Notes: generated by a model not told the origin, from the sequence alone. A stretch of DNA of 64,000 nucleotides from Melioribacteraceae bacterium (GCA_026983795.1 JALSTI010000058.1:10092-74091); one strand, 5' to 3'; numbered from the stretch's first letter, positions 27,734 through 37,896 are shown. Numbers and translations: made by a program.

Positions 27734-28576
27734 ATGAAAATTAAATTGATTACCGTTTTTGTCGTTCTGGTTTCTTCCGTCGTATTTTCCCAGTCGGCAA
27801 AACTATTAAATACCTTTGGAAAGTTCGAAAACGGATTTTCTATTTCAATTAGCATGAACGGTTATATTTATATAACCGATTCCTATGCAAATGAATTATT
27901 CAAATACGATTCGTTGGGAACAATGCTGAAATATATAGGCGGTTACGGCTGGGATGATTCACAATTTGACGACCCCGTTGATGTTTATGCTACCACACTT
28001 AATGTTTATGTAGCCGATAAAAATAATAACCGTATACAAATTTTCGATAAGGATTTAAATTTTTTATCGGCATTTACTACAAAGAATAATGAAAACAGCA
28101 ATCTTCAATTTGCGTATCCCACCGCATGCGGCGTTTCGGGACAAGGTGATTTGTTTATTTTGGATTCCGATAACAACCGGATTTTAAAATATAATTTAAC
28201 AGGCGAATTTCTTCAAGAGATCGGCGGAGTTGATGCCGGGGATTATTCAATAGAAAATCCTAAAAGTTTTGCAATTTCCAAACACGGAAATGTTTATGTG
28301 CTTGAGGAGAACAAAATAATTTTATTCGATCAATACGGTAACGGATTGCAAAAAATTAATTTGAAAACGCCGGTTGAAAATATTAATATTAGCTTAAATT
28401 ATTTAATATTGATTTTTAATAAAAAAATTCGATTACTTAATCTTATCGATAATTTACCGGCTGGAGAAATAAGTTTACAAAAAATTCCGGCTATTAGCGA
28501 TGCGGCAATTTACGGACAAAAGCTCTACGTGCTTTCGCCTCAAAATTTATTAGTTTATAAGTTTGAAATTGAATAG
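27734..28576 (+). CDS. Secreted NHL-repeat beta-propeller protein
   Basis: The 280-aa ORF has a signal peptide. NHL-type blades recur (VYVADKNNNRIQIFD, LFILDSDNNRILKYN, VYVLEENKIILFD). Confidence 0.7.
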   Translation: MKIKLITVFVVLVSSVVFSQSAKLLNTFGKFENGFSISISMNGYIYITDSYANELFKYDSLGTMLKYIGGYGWDDSQFDDPVDVYATTLNVYVADKNNNRIQIFDKDLNFLSAFTTKNNENSNLQFAYPTACGVSGQGDLFILDSDNNRILKYNLTGEFLQEIGGVDAGDYSIENPKSFAISKHGNVYVLEENKIILFDQYGNGLQKINLKTPVENINISLNYLILIFNKKIRLLNLIDNLPAGEISLQKIPAISDAAIYGQKLYVLSPQNLLVYKFEIE

Positions 28577-28590
28577 AAATCAGAGAAACA

Positions 28591-29058
28591 GTGTCGATTA
28601 AAATCAGATTATTATTATTTGGAATTGTGCTTATTTGGACTTTGGGTATATTTATTGAATTTATTATTCCGCTTAACAGTAAATTTATTTTAATTATACC
28701 TTGGCTCCATCAATTGTATTCGTTAGTTTGTCATCAAGAACCTCAAAAGTTAATTACAATAGCCCATAAGCACACGCTTACTTGCGCCAGATGTTCCGGG
28801 ATATACGTAGGCGGCTTAATTTCCTCTTTCATTTTAATTTTTGTGAATATCAAAAATCCATTAAAATTAAAATATTTGATATTTGCTGTTATTCCAATGT
28901 TATTTGATGTATTCTTGTATTCAGCCGGTTTATATTCTTATTCAAAAATAATTGCATTTATTACCGGTTTGCTTTTAGGTTCAACGGGATTTTTATATAT
29001 TCACGAGGGCATTTTAAACTTCATTAACGAATCGAAATTAAAAGGAAAAATCATTTGA
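28591..29058 (+). CDS. DUF2085-like integral membrane protein
   Basis: The 155-aa ORF starts with GTG and has 4-5 TM segments. The Cys/His pattern CHQEP...CARCSGIY is typical of DUF2085. Confidence 0.6.
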   Translation: MSIKIRLLLFGIVLIWTLGIFIEFIIPLNSKFILIIPWLHQLYSLVCHQEPQKLITIAHKHTLTCARCSGIYVGGLISSFILIFVNIKNPLKLKYLIFAVIPMLFDVFLYSAGLYSYSKIIAFITGLLLGSTGFLYIHEGILNFINESKLKGKII

Positions 29059-29561
29059 AAAAATATTTACCGGCTTTGGTAGCAGGATTTGGCGCGGGAG
29101 TTTTAGTAGTTGTTCCCGTTATAAAAAGTTTTTCATGCTGTTTAATAATTCCGTCTGCCGCAGTAATAGCCTTAATTTTGAATCAAAAAGCAAGCGGTTC
29201 CAGCGCCAAAATAGACACAAGCCAAGCTTTACTCTTCGGACTTACAACAGGTTTGTTTGCGGCTTTATTCGGAACTTTTTTTGAATTATTTATAACATTT
29301 ATAACCAAAAGCAATGATTTGATTTATGCTTACAACGATTTGGTAGATCTGGTTAATAAATTTCCCGTAACTAACGATATTAAACAAGAAGTTATCGATT
29401 TAAGTCAGAATGTGGTAACTTCTATTAAAACCACCGGTTTTTCTGCTCTTTATTCAATTGCAATTTTCGTAAATAATATTATAGTAGATCCTATTTTTGG
29501 AATGATTGGCGGTTTAATTGGTGCCAAGTTTATTAACAGCAGAATTGATCAATCCACATAG
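29055..29561 (+). CDS. Integral membrane protein, unknown function
   Basis: The 168-aa ORF starts with TTG and overlaps the upstream stop by 4 nt. It has about 4 hydrophobic helices and a Gly-rich last helix (FGMIGGLIGAKF). Confidence 0.55.
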   Translation: MKKYLPALVAGFGAGVLVVVPVIKSFSCCLIIPSAAVIALILNQKASGSSAKIDTSQALLFGLTTGLFAALFGTFFELFITFITKSNDLIYAYNDLVDLVNKFPVTNDIKQEVIDLSQNVVTSIKTTGFSALYSIAIFVNNIIVDPIFGMIGGLIGAKFINSRIDQST

Positions 29562-29567
29562 ATTATT

Positions 29568-29867
29568 ATGATTATCGCAATAATTTTTATTCTGCATTCT
29601 GTCTTTCTTCTTTATATTTTCTACATAAAATGGAAAAGTGAATCATTTTCGTCGGGAATTGTTAATGCAATTTTGGTAATTATTCTTTTTGCCGTGGGCT
29701 GGACAATTTCCACTTCATTAACCAAACTAATAATTCCCCAGGAAGGGTTCGGCAAAGAATTGAATCAAGATTCAATTTCTCTTATTTTGTTAACCGTTGT
29801 AGAAACTGTTTTCTATAAATTTTATTATTGGAAAGCTCCTATTGAAGACGAAAAGGAAATACAATAA
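29568..29867 (+). CDS. Small integral membrane protein, unknown function
   Basis: The 99-aa ORF has three hydrophobic helices. Its 3' end overlaps the convergent tonB-like gene by 29 nt. Confidence 0.5.
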   Translation: MIIAIIFILHSVFLLYIFYIKWKSESFSSGIVNAILVIILFAVGWTISTSLTKLIIPQEGFGKELNQDSISLILLTVVETVFYKFYYWKAPIEDEKEIQ

Positions 29868-30564
29868 CGGCCGACTGTACTGCTTTCTTTTTACTACCGG
29901 GAAGGGGTTCAAATCTCCACTGGCGCAGCGAATTAATTGCCGCCAATTCTAATCTTGTATCGGCTTTTATTAACGGAATTATTCGTCCAACTGTTCCGTC
30001 GGGCAAAATTGTAAATTTCAATTTTACATCAACTTCTTTAGAAACTCCTTCAGGATACTTAGGAAGTTCATACGAATAAATTTTTCTTTTTCCCTTTCCG
30101 CCAAAATCAATTTCGAATCCAAAATTTCCTTCCCCTGCCCCGCTTACATCTTTACCCTTACTTTTAGTATTTTTATTTTTCGCAAGCGGTTTAACCTTTT
30201 GCTCTTCCGGTTTCTTTTTAATTTTTTTCTTCGGTTTGGCGGCTATAATTTTATTTGATTCATCGCTGTTTTTAACTTTAGGAATTTCAACTTTTTTTAA
30301 TGTTCTTTTTAAATTAGTTTTAACTTTTTCTTTTTTAACAATCTTTTTATCCTTAACAATATCGTTGCTTTTTGGTCCCGGTGAGCTAAGTTTACCCACT
30401 GTTCCAAAACCGATTGTTACATAATCATTTTCTTCCGGTTCAATTGTAAAACTGAAAAAAAAGAAAATAAGGGCAAGAATTAAATGTATACCGAAAGAAA
30501 GTAAATAAGATTCAATATTTTTTTTGTTTATCTTCACCTTAAAAGGGTTCTTTTTCCGTTTCAA
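29839..30564 (-). CDS. tonB: TonB family energy-transducer protein
   Basis: The 241-aa ORF has an N-terminal TM anchor and a Lys/Pro-rich spacer. The TonB C-terminal domain is present (YPEGVSKEVDVKLKFTILPDGTV...AAINSLRQWRFEP). It follows exbB-exbD. Confidence 0.8.
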   Translation of the reverse strand: MKRKKNPFKVKINKKNIESYLLSFGIHLILALIFFFFSFTIEPEENDYVTIGFGTVGKLSSPGPKSNDIVKDKKIVKKEKVKTNLKRTLKKVEIPKVKNSDESNKIIAAKPKKKIKKKPEEQKVKPLAKNKNTKSKGKDVSGAGEGNFGFEIDFGGKGKRKIYSYELPKYPEGVSKEVDVKLKFTILPDGTVGRIIPLIKADTRLELAAINSLRQWRFEPLPGSKKKAVQSAVIVFPFRLQ

Positions 30565-30943
30565 TTGTGAATTTATCTATCCCAACGCTTTTTGCGGCGT
30601 CAATTACTTGAATAACCAAATCTATTTGAACTTTTTTATCCGCTCTAATTATTAAATTTTTATCGACGGAATTTTTCTTTAATGCGTCCAATTCGCCGGG
30701 CAGCACGGAAATATCTACAGGTTTGGAACCGAGATAAATTTTTGATTCGGGAGTTATTGAAACTACCAGTTTTGTCGGCAAGGTTTGCTCGTTCATTTTG
30801 GAAGCGGGCAATTTTACTTTTACTCCCGTGTGCACAACAAATTGAGAAGTTAACAAAAAGAAAATTAAAAGCAGAAGAACTATATCCGTTAAGGATGAGT
30901 AACTAAATATTGTAAGCGGTTTTCTGGACATTTCAAATTTCAT
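30539..30943 (-). CDS. exbD: ExbD/TolR biopolymer transport protein
   Basis: The 134-aa ORF has a single TM helix (LTDIVLLLLIFFLLT) and the ExbD periplasmic fold pattern (IIRADKKV...VIQVIDAAK). Confidence 0.88.
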   Translation of the reverse strand: MKFEMSRKPLTIFSYSSLTDIVLLLLIFFLLTSQFVVHTGVKVKLPASKMNEQTLPTKLVVSITPESKIYLGSKPVDISVLPGELDALKKNSVDKNLIIRADKKVQIDLVIQVIDAAKSVGIDKFTIETEKEPF

Positions 30944-30952
30944 AATAATCCC

Positions 30953-31612
30953 CTATAACTCAATTTCCAAATCTTCTTCTTCAATTCTCGATTCGCCGCC
31001 CGAAATTTCATCCAGGATATCAACCACATCGTTCGAAACGACTTCCATATCTAACACGAGCTTATTTATTTTTGAAACAAAATAATTATAGAAAGTATAA
31101 GCTACAATACCTACCGCAAGACCGAATGCCGTTGTAATAAGCGCTTCCCATATTCCTCCGGCCAAATCGTTAGGATTTGCCGCTCCTTGTAAATCTTGTA
31201 TTTTCATAAATGCCGCAATCATTCCCGTAACCGTACCTAAAAAACCGAGCAACGGCGCAACACCGGCAATAGTTGCAAGAACGGCAAGTCCTTTTTCCAA
31301 TTTGCTTACTTCCTGCCTGCCGGCATTTTCAATAGCTTCTTTAACTCTTTCCCTTCCCAGGTGATATTTCTTCAATCCTTTTTTAATTATGTTTGCCGTA
31401 GGAGAACTTTCTTCTATGCAATAACTGATTGCGCCGGAAATATCGTTTCTTTTTACCATTCCCCTAATTTTAACCAGAAACGCAGGCACGTTCATTTTCG
31501 ATTTCCGGATTACTCTGTATCTGTCAATTATAATTGCCAGAGCAATTAACGATGCTATTAAAATAAAAAGCATCAACCAGCCGCCTTTAATAAGTATTTC
31601 CAATAAATTCAT
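30953..31612 (-). CDS. exbB: MotA/TolQ/ExbB proton-channel protein
   Basis: The 219-aa ORF has three TM helices and the conserved ...LATIAGVAPLLGFLGTVTGMI... segment. Confidence 0.9.
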   Translation of the reverse strand: MNLLEILIKGGWLMLFILIASLIALAIIIDRYRVIRKSKMNVPAFLVKIRGMVKRNDISGAISYCIEESSPTANIIKKGLKKYHLGRERVKEAIENAGRQEVSKLEKGLAVLATIAGVAPLLGFLGTVTGMIAAFMKIQDLQGAANPNDLAGGIWEALITTAFGLAVGIVAYTFYNYFVSKINKLVLDMEVVSNDVVDILDEISGGESRIEEEDLEIEL

Positions 31613-31625
31613 GTTTTACCTTTTA

Positions 31626-33281
31626 TTAATTTCCCAGAACCAGTTTTTTAATTTTTTTGGCTTCGGTTAAAGATTTAATATTTACCAAACGTACTCTGTG
31701 CCAGGTTCCCTTGCCTTTAACCACAGCCGATTTAACAGATGCCGTATATCCTTTTTTATTAAATTTATCAGCAATGCTTTTGGCTTTATCCAAATTTCTC
31801 CAGGATGATACCTGTAATGCATAATCTTTTCCGTTAAAATATATTAAATCTTCTACTTCCACTTCTCCGTTAATCTTTTTTACGTTTGCCGGAGTTTTAT
31901 CATTATTTTCCACCGTTACTTTTTCCTCCGGTGTTTTAACTGCCGTTTTATTTTTTTGCAAATCAACAACTTTTTTTTCCGTTACTTTCTCAACGGGTTT
32001 GGCAGCTGCGTTATTGCCGTTTGATTTTCCGGAGAAACTCTTCGACGTATTAGACATTCCGGATTGATTAATTGTTGCAGTTTCGCCTCCGGGTAATTTA
32101 ACCGTGTTAACGTTATTACCGGCAAAAAAGAAATAATAAACTCCTAAAATTAAAAGTAAAATAAAAGAGGATAATGATATCCAAAACGTTAAGTTATTTT
32201 TTTTAGCTTTTGCTTCAAGATTATCAGCGGTATTGTTGGTTACATCGTCGTTTTTGGTCCCGCTTTTTTCTTCCTCCGGATTGATAGTCTCTTCTGCCGG
32301 TTTATTGTTATCATCCTCACCGGTAAATTCTGTTTCCGGCTGTTTACCGGGTAATTCATCGATTAAATCATTTCCGGAATTATTCGATTCCTCATCATTT
32401 TCGCTCTCGTCACCACCGGTAACATTTTGAGTTTCAGGATTTTCGAATGGTAAAATATCTTCTATACTTTCTTCCTCGTCAATTATATTTTCGGCACTTG
32501 ATACCCGGTCACTCAAATCGGATTCAACTTCGTCAAGCAAATCGGGAGGTTCCGGTTCTTCTAATGCAATTTGGTGCTGCTCTTCAAGATACTCGTCAAC
32601 CGCTACTTTTTTTTCATCCAACACAATCTTCCCTATTTCATCATCTTCATTATAAAACGATGTTGCACGGTAGTCGTCATCGTCAGACCCTTTCCCGTTT
32701 AGATCGGTTTCAGCACTGTTTTCTTCAATTCCAGTTTTATTTACATCGACAGGCTTTTCGCCAGGTTCTTTTTTTGCTTGCCTGCTTAAAAAGTCATCCC
32801 ATAAATCGAAGTCCTCAAGTTTCTCAGAATTTGCCAGCATTTGAGTAATTCTTTCCTGGATTGATTTTTGAATATATAAATCGGAAATATTTTCGTCGTT
32901 GTTTTTTCCGGTAGAATTATTAACCGGAATTACCGGTTTTCCCGCGGAAAGGCTGAAGGAATCATAACTTAATTCTTTGCTGAATTTACTGCGTTCGGTC
33001 ACGTCGATGGTAAGAAAAAGCGAAAGTTTGTCACCGGTTTCAGATTGATAATCGGGCGAAAAAATAATTTGGCTTCCCTCATTTTCAGCGGCGGATTTTG
33101 AGTTCTTTTGTTTTGCTTTTTTCTTAAGTTGAAAAACTCCCAATCCCGGTATTTTAAGAGCTTCATCATAATTTAAAATTTCCGTAACTCTATTAATAAA
33201 AATTTTAAACGCCAATTCTTTTTGGGAACGCGAAACTCCGAGACTATCGGCTATTTTAATAATTAGATTTTGATTATTCAT
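31626..33281 (-). CDS. Bitopic protein: N-terminal HU/IHF-like fold, long acidic disordered region, one TM helix, C-terminal SPOR domain
   Basis: The 551-aa ORF has an N-terminus (LIIKIADSLGVSRSQKELAFKIFINRVTEIL...IPGLGVFQLKK) with an HU-type pattern. About 250 aa of D/E-rich low complexity follow, then a TM helix (LTFWISLSSFILLLILGVYYFFFAG). The SPOR-like end reads YALQVSSWRNLDKAKSIADKFNKKGY...WHRVRL. Confidence 0.7.
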   Translation of the reverse strand: MNNQNLIIKIADSLGVSRSQKELAFKIFINRVTEILNYDEALKIPGLGVFQLKKKAKQKNSKSAAENEGSQIIFSPDYQSETGDKLSLFLTIDVTERSKFSKELSYDSFSLSAGKPVIPVNNSTGKNNDENISDLYIQKSIQERITQMLANSEKLEDFDLWDDFLSRQAKKEPGEKPVDVNKTGIEENSAETDLNGKGSDDDDYRATSFYNEDDEIGKIVLDEKKVAVDEYLEEQHQIALEEPEPPDLLDEVESDLSDRVSSAENIIDEEESIEDILPFENPETQNVTGGDESENDEESNNSGNDLIDELPGKQPETEFTGEDDNNKPAEETINPEEEKSGTKNDDVTNNTADNLEAKAKKNNLTFWISLSSFILLLILGVYYFFFAGNNVNTVKLPGGETATINQSGMSNTSKSFSGKSNGNNAAAKPVEKVTEKKVVDLQKNKTAVKTPEEKVTVENNDKTPANVKKINGEVEVEDLIYFNGKDYALQVSSWRNLDKAKSIADKFNKKGYTASVKSAVVKGKGTWHRVRLVNIKSLTEAKKIKKLVLGN

Positions 33282-33322
33282 AATGATGAATCCTTTTAAT
33301 AAAAAATTAAATTAATTAAGAT

Positions 33323-34918
33323 TTACCATCTATATTCAATTCCGAAGGAAAGATCGAATGTTTTACTTCTGTAGCCTTCATAAAAATAGTTTTTTCTATT
33401 AATTAAATTTTCGAGCGAAAGCGTCGCTTTCAAATTATTTGCCAATTTATAACCCAGATAAGCGGAAATATTAATATAATCCGGCAATCGATTTTTATTC
33501 TCTTCATCCGTATACAAACCCGTTAAATATTTTAGCTTCATTTTCAAATCGATTTTGCTTGTGAAGGAATAAAGATAATTTAAAGTAATATCAAATTCGG
33601 GATAATAAGGAACCCGCTTGCCTTCACCGTTTGTTAAATTTTGATATTTTAAGAAGCCGTAAAATTTTCCGCCCAGTGTTTTATGAAAAAGCAAATCGAC
33701 GTTCACGAAATAATTATCAACACCATCAGCGCCAAACAAAGCAAGGTTGCCGGAATTTACTTTCCTTACAAAATAAGGCAAGTTATCTATTCTCGAATAT
33801 CCCGCACCTATACCTATTTCAAAATATTCATAATAACCGTATTTCAACTCCGCTTTAATATTATTTTTATATTTTACAAACATGTTATCGGTATTTTGTA
33901 ATTCATAAAATCTGTTTTGTTTAAGAAAATTTCCGATTGTTAAAAACTTTGAATGCGGATTAAAAAGCGCAAACAAGGAAATATTTTTCGTTAATTTCAT
34001 TAACAAAGAAGCTTTGACCGAAAGGAAATTATTTTCCGCGCCCGAGGAATAAAATATTCCGCCCGCAACAATTGCATTTTTTGTTATTTGAGTTTTAACT
34101 CCGGCATTCAAATCAATATAGTTTTTATTAAATTTATTTGAATTATTCTTATTTAAGTTTTGATTTATTAAATTAAATTTTGCTTCAAAAGTAAAAGGAT
34201 AAACGGGAATATTAGTAAATGCGGAAAACGATAACGAGTTTTCTGTTAAATTATTTTCCTTTAATTTAAGGTAATTGTCATTGAATTTCAATCCATAATT
34301 TATATTTGTAAAATAATTAAATAAACTCACCGAAAAATTGCCCGTATTTGTTTTTCTAAGAAAAGAAGGATTACCTGAACCATATAATTTATATGAATCC
34401 GTTTTATAATTTCCGTCAACGGCAATTCCCAAACCGGGTAAAAAACTGGAATTGTGATCTATAAAATATTTAGCTCCCAATGTTAATTTGAGATAATTAT
34501 AACCTCCGCCGGTAACAAATTCCCTTTCCTTTTTTCCGGTTATTTGTGAGTTTAGTAAAATTCCTCCCAGCGTTTTACCGAAATAAAATTCCCCTTCCGG
34601 CAGAGTTACCGAACCGATTCTACCGCGAATTAATCCATAGTTTTCAACCTTGTAATTAATCAGCTTTAAATTACCGGAATAAATTTTTGTAAAAGATGCC
34701 GGATTAAAATCATTTTGAGTATAAGTGGGCAGAAAAAATTTTTTGGATAAAGGCGTAATTAATCCGGGTAATTTTTTCTTTGCCGCCGGAATACTGATTT
34801 TCCTCACTCCGGTAATTACAAATTCCGGAAGTTCAATGTTTTGATTTTCATTTCCCTCTTGCGCAAAGAGAAACGTTGAGAATAAAATCAATGCAATTAT
34901 TATCTTTTTCATTATCAC
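33323..34918 (-). CDS. Outer-membrane beta-barrel protein, unknown function
   Basis: The 531-aa ORF has a signal peptide (LFSTFLFAQ) and an alternating beta-strand pattern throughout. The terminal OMP signature is LSFGIEYRW. Confidence 0.65.
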   Translation of the reverse strand: MIMKKIIIALILFSTFLFAQEGNENQNIELPEFVITGVRKISIPAAKKKLPGLITPLSKKFFLPTYTQNDFNPASFTKIYSGNLKLINYKVENYGLIRGRIGSVTLPEGEFYFGKTLGGILLNSQITGKKEREFVTGGGYNYLKLTLGAKYFIDHNSSFLPGLGIAVDGNYKTDSYKLYGSGNPSFLRKTNTGNFSVSLFNYFTNINYGLKFNDNYLKLKENNLTENSLSFSAFTNIPVYPFTFEAKFNLINQNLNKNNSNKFNKNYIDLNAGVKTQITKNAIVAGGIFYSSGAENNFLSVKASLLMKLTKNISLFALFNPHSKFLTIGNFLKQNRFYELQNTDNMFVKYKNNIKAELKYGYYEYFEIGIGAGYSRIDNLPYFVRKVNSGNLALFGADGVDNYFVNVDLLFHKTLGGKFYGFLKYQNLTNGEGKRVPYYPEFDITLNYLYSFTSKIDLKMKLKYLTGLYTDEENKNRLPDYINISAYLGYKLANNLKATLSLENLINRKNYFYEGYRSKTFDLSFGIEYRW

Positions 34919-37896
34919 AATTCTTTTAATTTTTTCCTTGCTTCTTTTGCATAATCGTCAGTTTTATGTTTTCTGATAACCGCCGAAAACATTTCTTTTG
35001 CATTTTTTTTATCGTTTAGTTTCACATAACAATCGCCGAGCTTAAGCAGCGATTTGGTATACCATTCGTCGAAAGCGGAATAAACTGATCTAACTCTTAC
35101 AAGTGCAGTTATTGCATCTTCCAATTTGTTTTGTTCGAATAAAGTTACGCCGTAGTAATATTGTGCTTTTGCCCCGATGTCGTCTTTTCTTCTTTCCGCA
35201 ACGTCTCTAAAAGTACTTTCAGCTTGCTCGTAATTGGATTTTACAAGATAAAAAATCCCGATTTCTATTTTTGCTTTATCGCCGAATATTGATCCGGGAT
35301 ATTTGGTAGTTATAAAAAGAAAGGTGGCAAACGCATTCTGATAATCTCCGGCAGCAATTTGCGCTTCACCTTTTTGATAATAAACTTCCGATATTCCTTC
35401 CTTATCACTAAGTTCGTTTAACTTTGAATCGTATAAATCGATTTCTTTCCGGTATTCTTTTTTGCTGTTGTAAATTTTACCCGCTTCCAGTAAAGCGGAA
35501 ATGGATATTTCCGAATTATATTCGCCGTTTATTACGTTTGTAAAATATTCCAAAGCGCTATCCAAGTTGCCGAGGTTTGCCTCGCTTTTTCCCAACCAAT
35601 AATTTGCATTCAATCTCAACTTGCTCCCGGGAAATTCTATCAGAAATTCCTTATAATATTTTATTGCCTTTTTATAATCGCCAACGCTATAATATAAATC
35701 TCCCTTCTTGAAAAAGATGGTTTCGTTATATGCCGAATTGGGATGTTCCCTTAAAAAGGTATCGATAAAATTATTAGCATCGTCAATCTTGTCGGAAGCC
35801 TCGTAAGAATAAAGAATTCCGTTTATCGCATCGTAAACATATTTTGTATCGGGATATTCCTCTATTATTTTTTTATACTGATTAACGGCTTTATCGTATT
35901 CTCCTAAATTGAAATACGAATCGCCAATTGAATATGTTACAATAGGTAATAAAGTTGAGCCCGGATATTTTTCAATTACCGACTGGTAATCATTTATTGC
36001 TTCATTAAATAAACCTTGTTGAAAGTTAATCCATCCTATTAAGTATTGCGATTCATCAGCATATTTGGAATTTGGAAATTTATTTTGCAGTTGAGAAAAT
36101 ATTTCAATAGCATTAGTGTTTTTGCCCGATTGAAACAAAGCTTGACCGTATTGGTAATAAGCCTTATCGCTATTAGCCAAAGCGCCGTCCGAAAAAATTA
36201 ATTCCTTATAAACATTCCCCGCTTTATCAAAATCCTTTACGCCAAAGTAACTCTCCGCCAATCTTTTTTTAGCGTCCAAATAATATTTATTAATCCTGTA
36301 TTTTGTTAAGAAAAGTCGAAAATAATAAGAAGCATTTGAAAAATCTTTAAGATTAAAGTAAGAATATGCCTTACCGTAAATACTTTCCTTTTGTAACAAA
36401 CCGGTAGAATTGGGAATTTTATTATAATGAGTTAATGCGCTTTTATAGTCGCCAAGAATGAAATAACTCTCGGCGGTATAGAATTCCTTCTTAGCTTTTT
36501 CCATGTTATTCAAAATAAATTGGGCTTTATTTAAAGCATGAAGCGCCGCTTTATAATTTTTAAGATAAAATTCCGAAATTCCCAATCCCAAGTTTGCCTG
36601 GTCTTTTAGTTCCGCAGGAATATTAAAAATATCATTTACTTTGTTGTATAAATCTTTTGCTTCCGTAAACTTTTTCTTTTTTAAATTGATTTCACCTAGT
36701 AGAATATATGCTTTTGCGCGCGTAACCGGATCTGATGAGGAAAGAGAATTTAAAATTGTTTTTTCAGATGCAAGTAAATTTTGATTATTGTAATCTAAAA
36801 TAGCTAAACTTAATTTTGCTTTAGCAGCCAATGGATGCTTTGGATATTTTTTCAAAAAGGCGTTTAATATTTCCTTAGCTTTTTCGGTCTTTCCGGCATA
36901 TCTTTTACATTCTGCGCTCCAGAAAAATGAACTGACCGATAACGAATCGGTTTTTAGTTTAGCAATATTATGAAATAGTTTGTATGCGTCTTCAAATTTA
37001 TTTTGCTGAAAATAAACCCATGCCAATCCATACGAAATTTCGGTGCGGAATTTGAAACTTATATTTTTTGCAAGCAGCCTGCTGTATGTTTTCTTGGATT
37101 TATCATACTCATTTACTTTATAATAACAATTAGCCAACATATAAAGCGCTTCGTTTTGTTTATCTTCAGGCAACCGGTTAATTAAAGGGTCGGTTAATTC
37201 CAGAATTGCATTTTCGTATTCGCCTGTATTGAAATAGCTAATCCCTATTCTTAGTTGGGCGTAAGGAGATAATTTACTTTCTTTATAATACCCCAACAAA
37301 TTATCATATTCATTAACGGCGTTTTTGAAATCACGCTTTCTTTCGTAAATATTTGCCAACTTATAAATACTGAAATCTATAAAATCATTATTTCTTTTGG
37401 AATTAATTGCTTTTTTAAGATAGTAGATTGCTTCTTCAAGTTTATTTTCATAAGAATATGCCGCTCCAATTAAGTAGAAAGCCGAACCTTCAAATTCGCT
37501 GTGGGGATATTCTTCCAATAAATATAAAAGTTTTTTACGTGCCGTTACATATTCCGATAAATCGAAATACACCGCTCCAAGTCTGAACAGAGCCAACGGA
37601 CGGATTGAAGAATAAACATGTTTATTTATGAACCGGGAAAACAGGTTTATAGCTCCGTCATATTGTTTTAATGCAAGCAAACATTCAGCCGCAAAATATT
37701 CCGATGCCGAATATACTTCATCATCCAAATCGTCAATTTTACCCACCGAAATGAATTGTTCGTACGCTTTCGAATAATCTGCGCCGGTAAAAGAACTAAC
37801 GGCGGCAAAAAAGAGATTGATATCTTTTCCTTGCGCAAAAGTTGAGACCTGAATTAGAAAAATCAGAAAAAATATTTTCAGCAAGTAATTTTTCAA
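34915..37896 (-). CDS. Giant periplasmic tetratricopeptide-repeat protein (YbgF/CpoB-like repeats)
   Basis: The 993-aa ORF has a signal peptide and more than 20 TPR-like units (recurring Y..A......G.Y..A...F..........A periodicity). It overlaps both neighbours by 4 nt. Confidence 0.75.
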   Translation of the reverse strand: MKNYLLKIFFLIFLIQVSTFAQGKDINLFFAAVSSFTGADYSKAYEQFISVGKIDDLDDEVYSASEYFAAECLLALKQYDGAINLFSRFINKHVYSSIRPLALFRLGAVYFDLSEYVTARKKLLYLLEEYPHSEFEGSAFYLIGAAYSYENKLEEAIYYLKKAINSKRNNDFIDFSIYKLANIYERKRDFKNAVNEYDNLLGYYKESKLSPYAQLRIGISYFNTGEYENAILELTDPLINRLPEDKQNEALYMLANCYYKVNEYDKSKKTYSRLLAKNISFKFRTEISYGLAWVYFQQNKFEDAYKLFHNIAKLKTDSLSVSSFFWSAECKRYAGKTEKAKEILNAFLKKYPKHPLAAKAKLSLAILDYNNQNLLASEKTILNSLSSSDPVTRAKAYILLGEINLKKKKFTEAKDLYNKVNDIFNIPAELKDQANLGLGISEFYLKNYKAALHALNKAQFILNNMEKAKKEFYTAESYFILGDYKSALTHYNKIPNSTGLLQKESIYGKAYSYFNLKDFSNASYYFRLFLTKYRINKYYLDAKKRLAESYFGVKDFDKAGNVYKELIFSDGALANSDKAYYQYGQALFQSGKNTNAIEIFSQLQNKFPNSKYADESQYLIGWINFQQGLFNEAINDYQSVIEKYPGSTLLPIVTYSIGDSYFNLGEYDKAVNQYKKIIEEYPDTKYVYDAINGILYSYEASDKIDDANNFIDTFLREHPNSAYNETIFFKKGDLYYSVGDYKKAIKYYKEFLIEFPGSKLRLNANYWLGKSEANLGNLDSALEYFTNVINGEYNSEISISALLEAGKIYNSKKEYRKEIDLYDSKLNELSDKEGISEVYYQKGEAQIAAGDYQNAFATFLFITTKYPGSIFGDKAKIEIGIFYLVKSNYEQAESTFRDVAERRKDDIGAKAQYYYGVTLFEQNKLEDAITALVRVRSVYSAFDEWYTKSLLKLGDCYVKLNDKKNAKEMFSAVIRKHKTDDYAKEARKKLKEL

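Noticed and set aside
29839-29867. A 29-nt overlap of the convergent 3' ends of the 99-aa membrane protein gene and the tonB-like gene.
   Set aside because: Both reading frames look genuine and the overlap only affects their last few codons. It may limit terminator placement, but I see no evidence that it is more than compact genome organisation.
31900-32900. The acidic low-complexity region of the HU/SPOR gene as a DNA-level tandem repeat or contingency locus.
   Set aside because: The bias is compositional (GAA/GAT-rich codons), with no exact nucleotide repeat units. It reads as an ordinary disordered linker.
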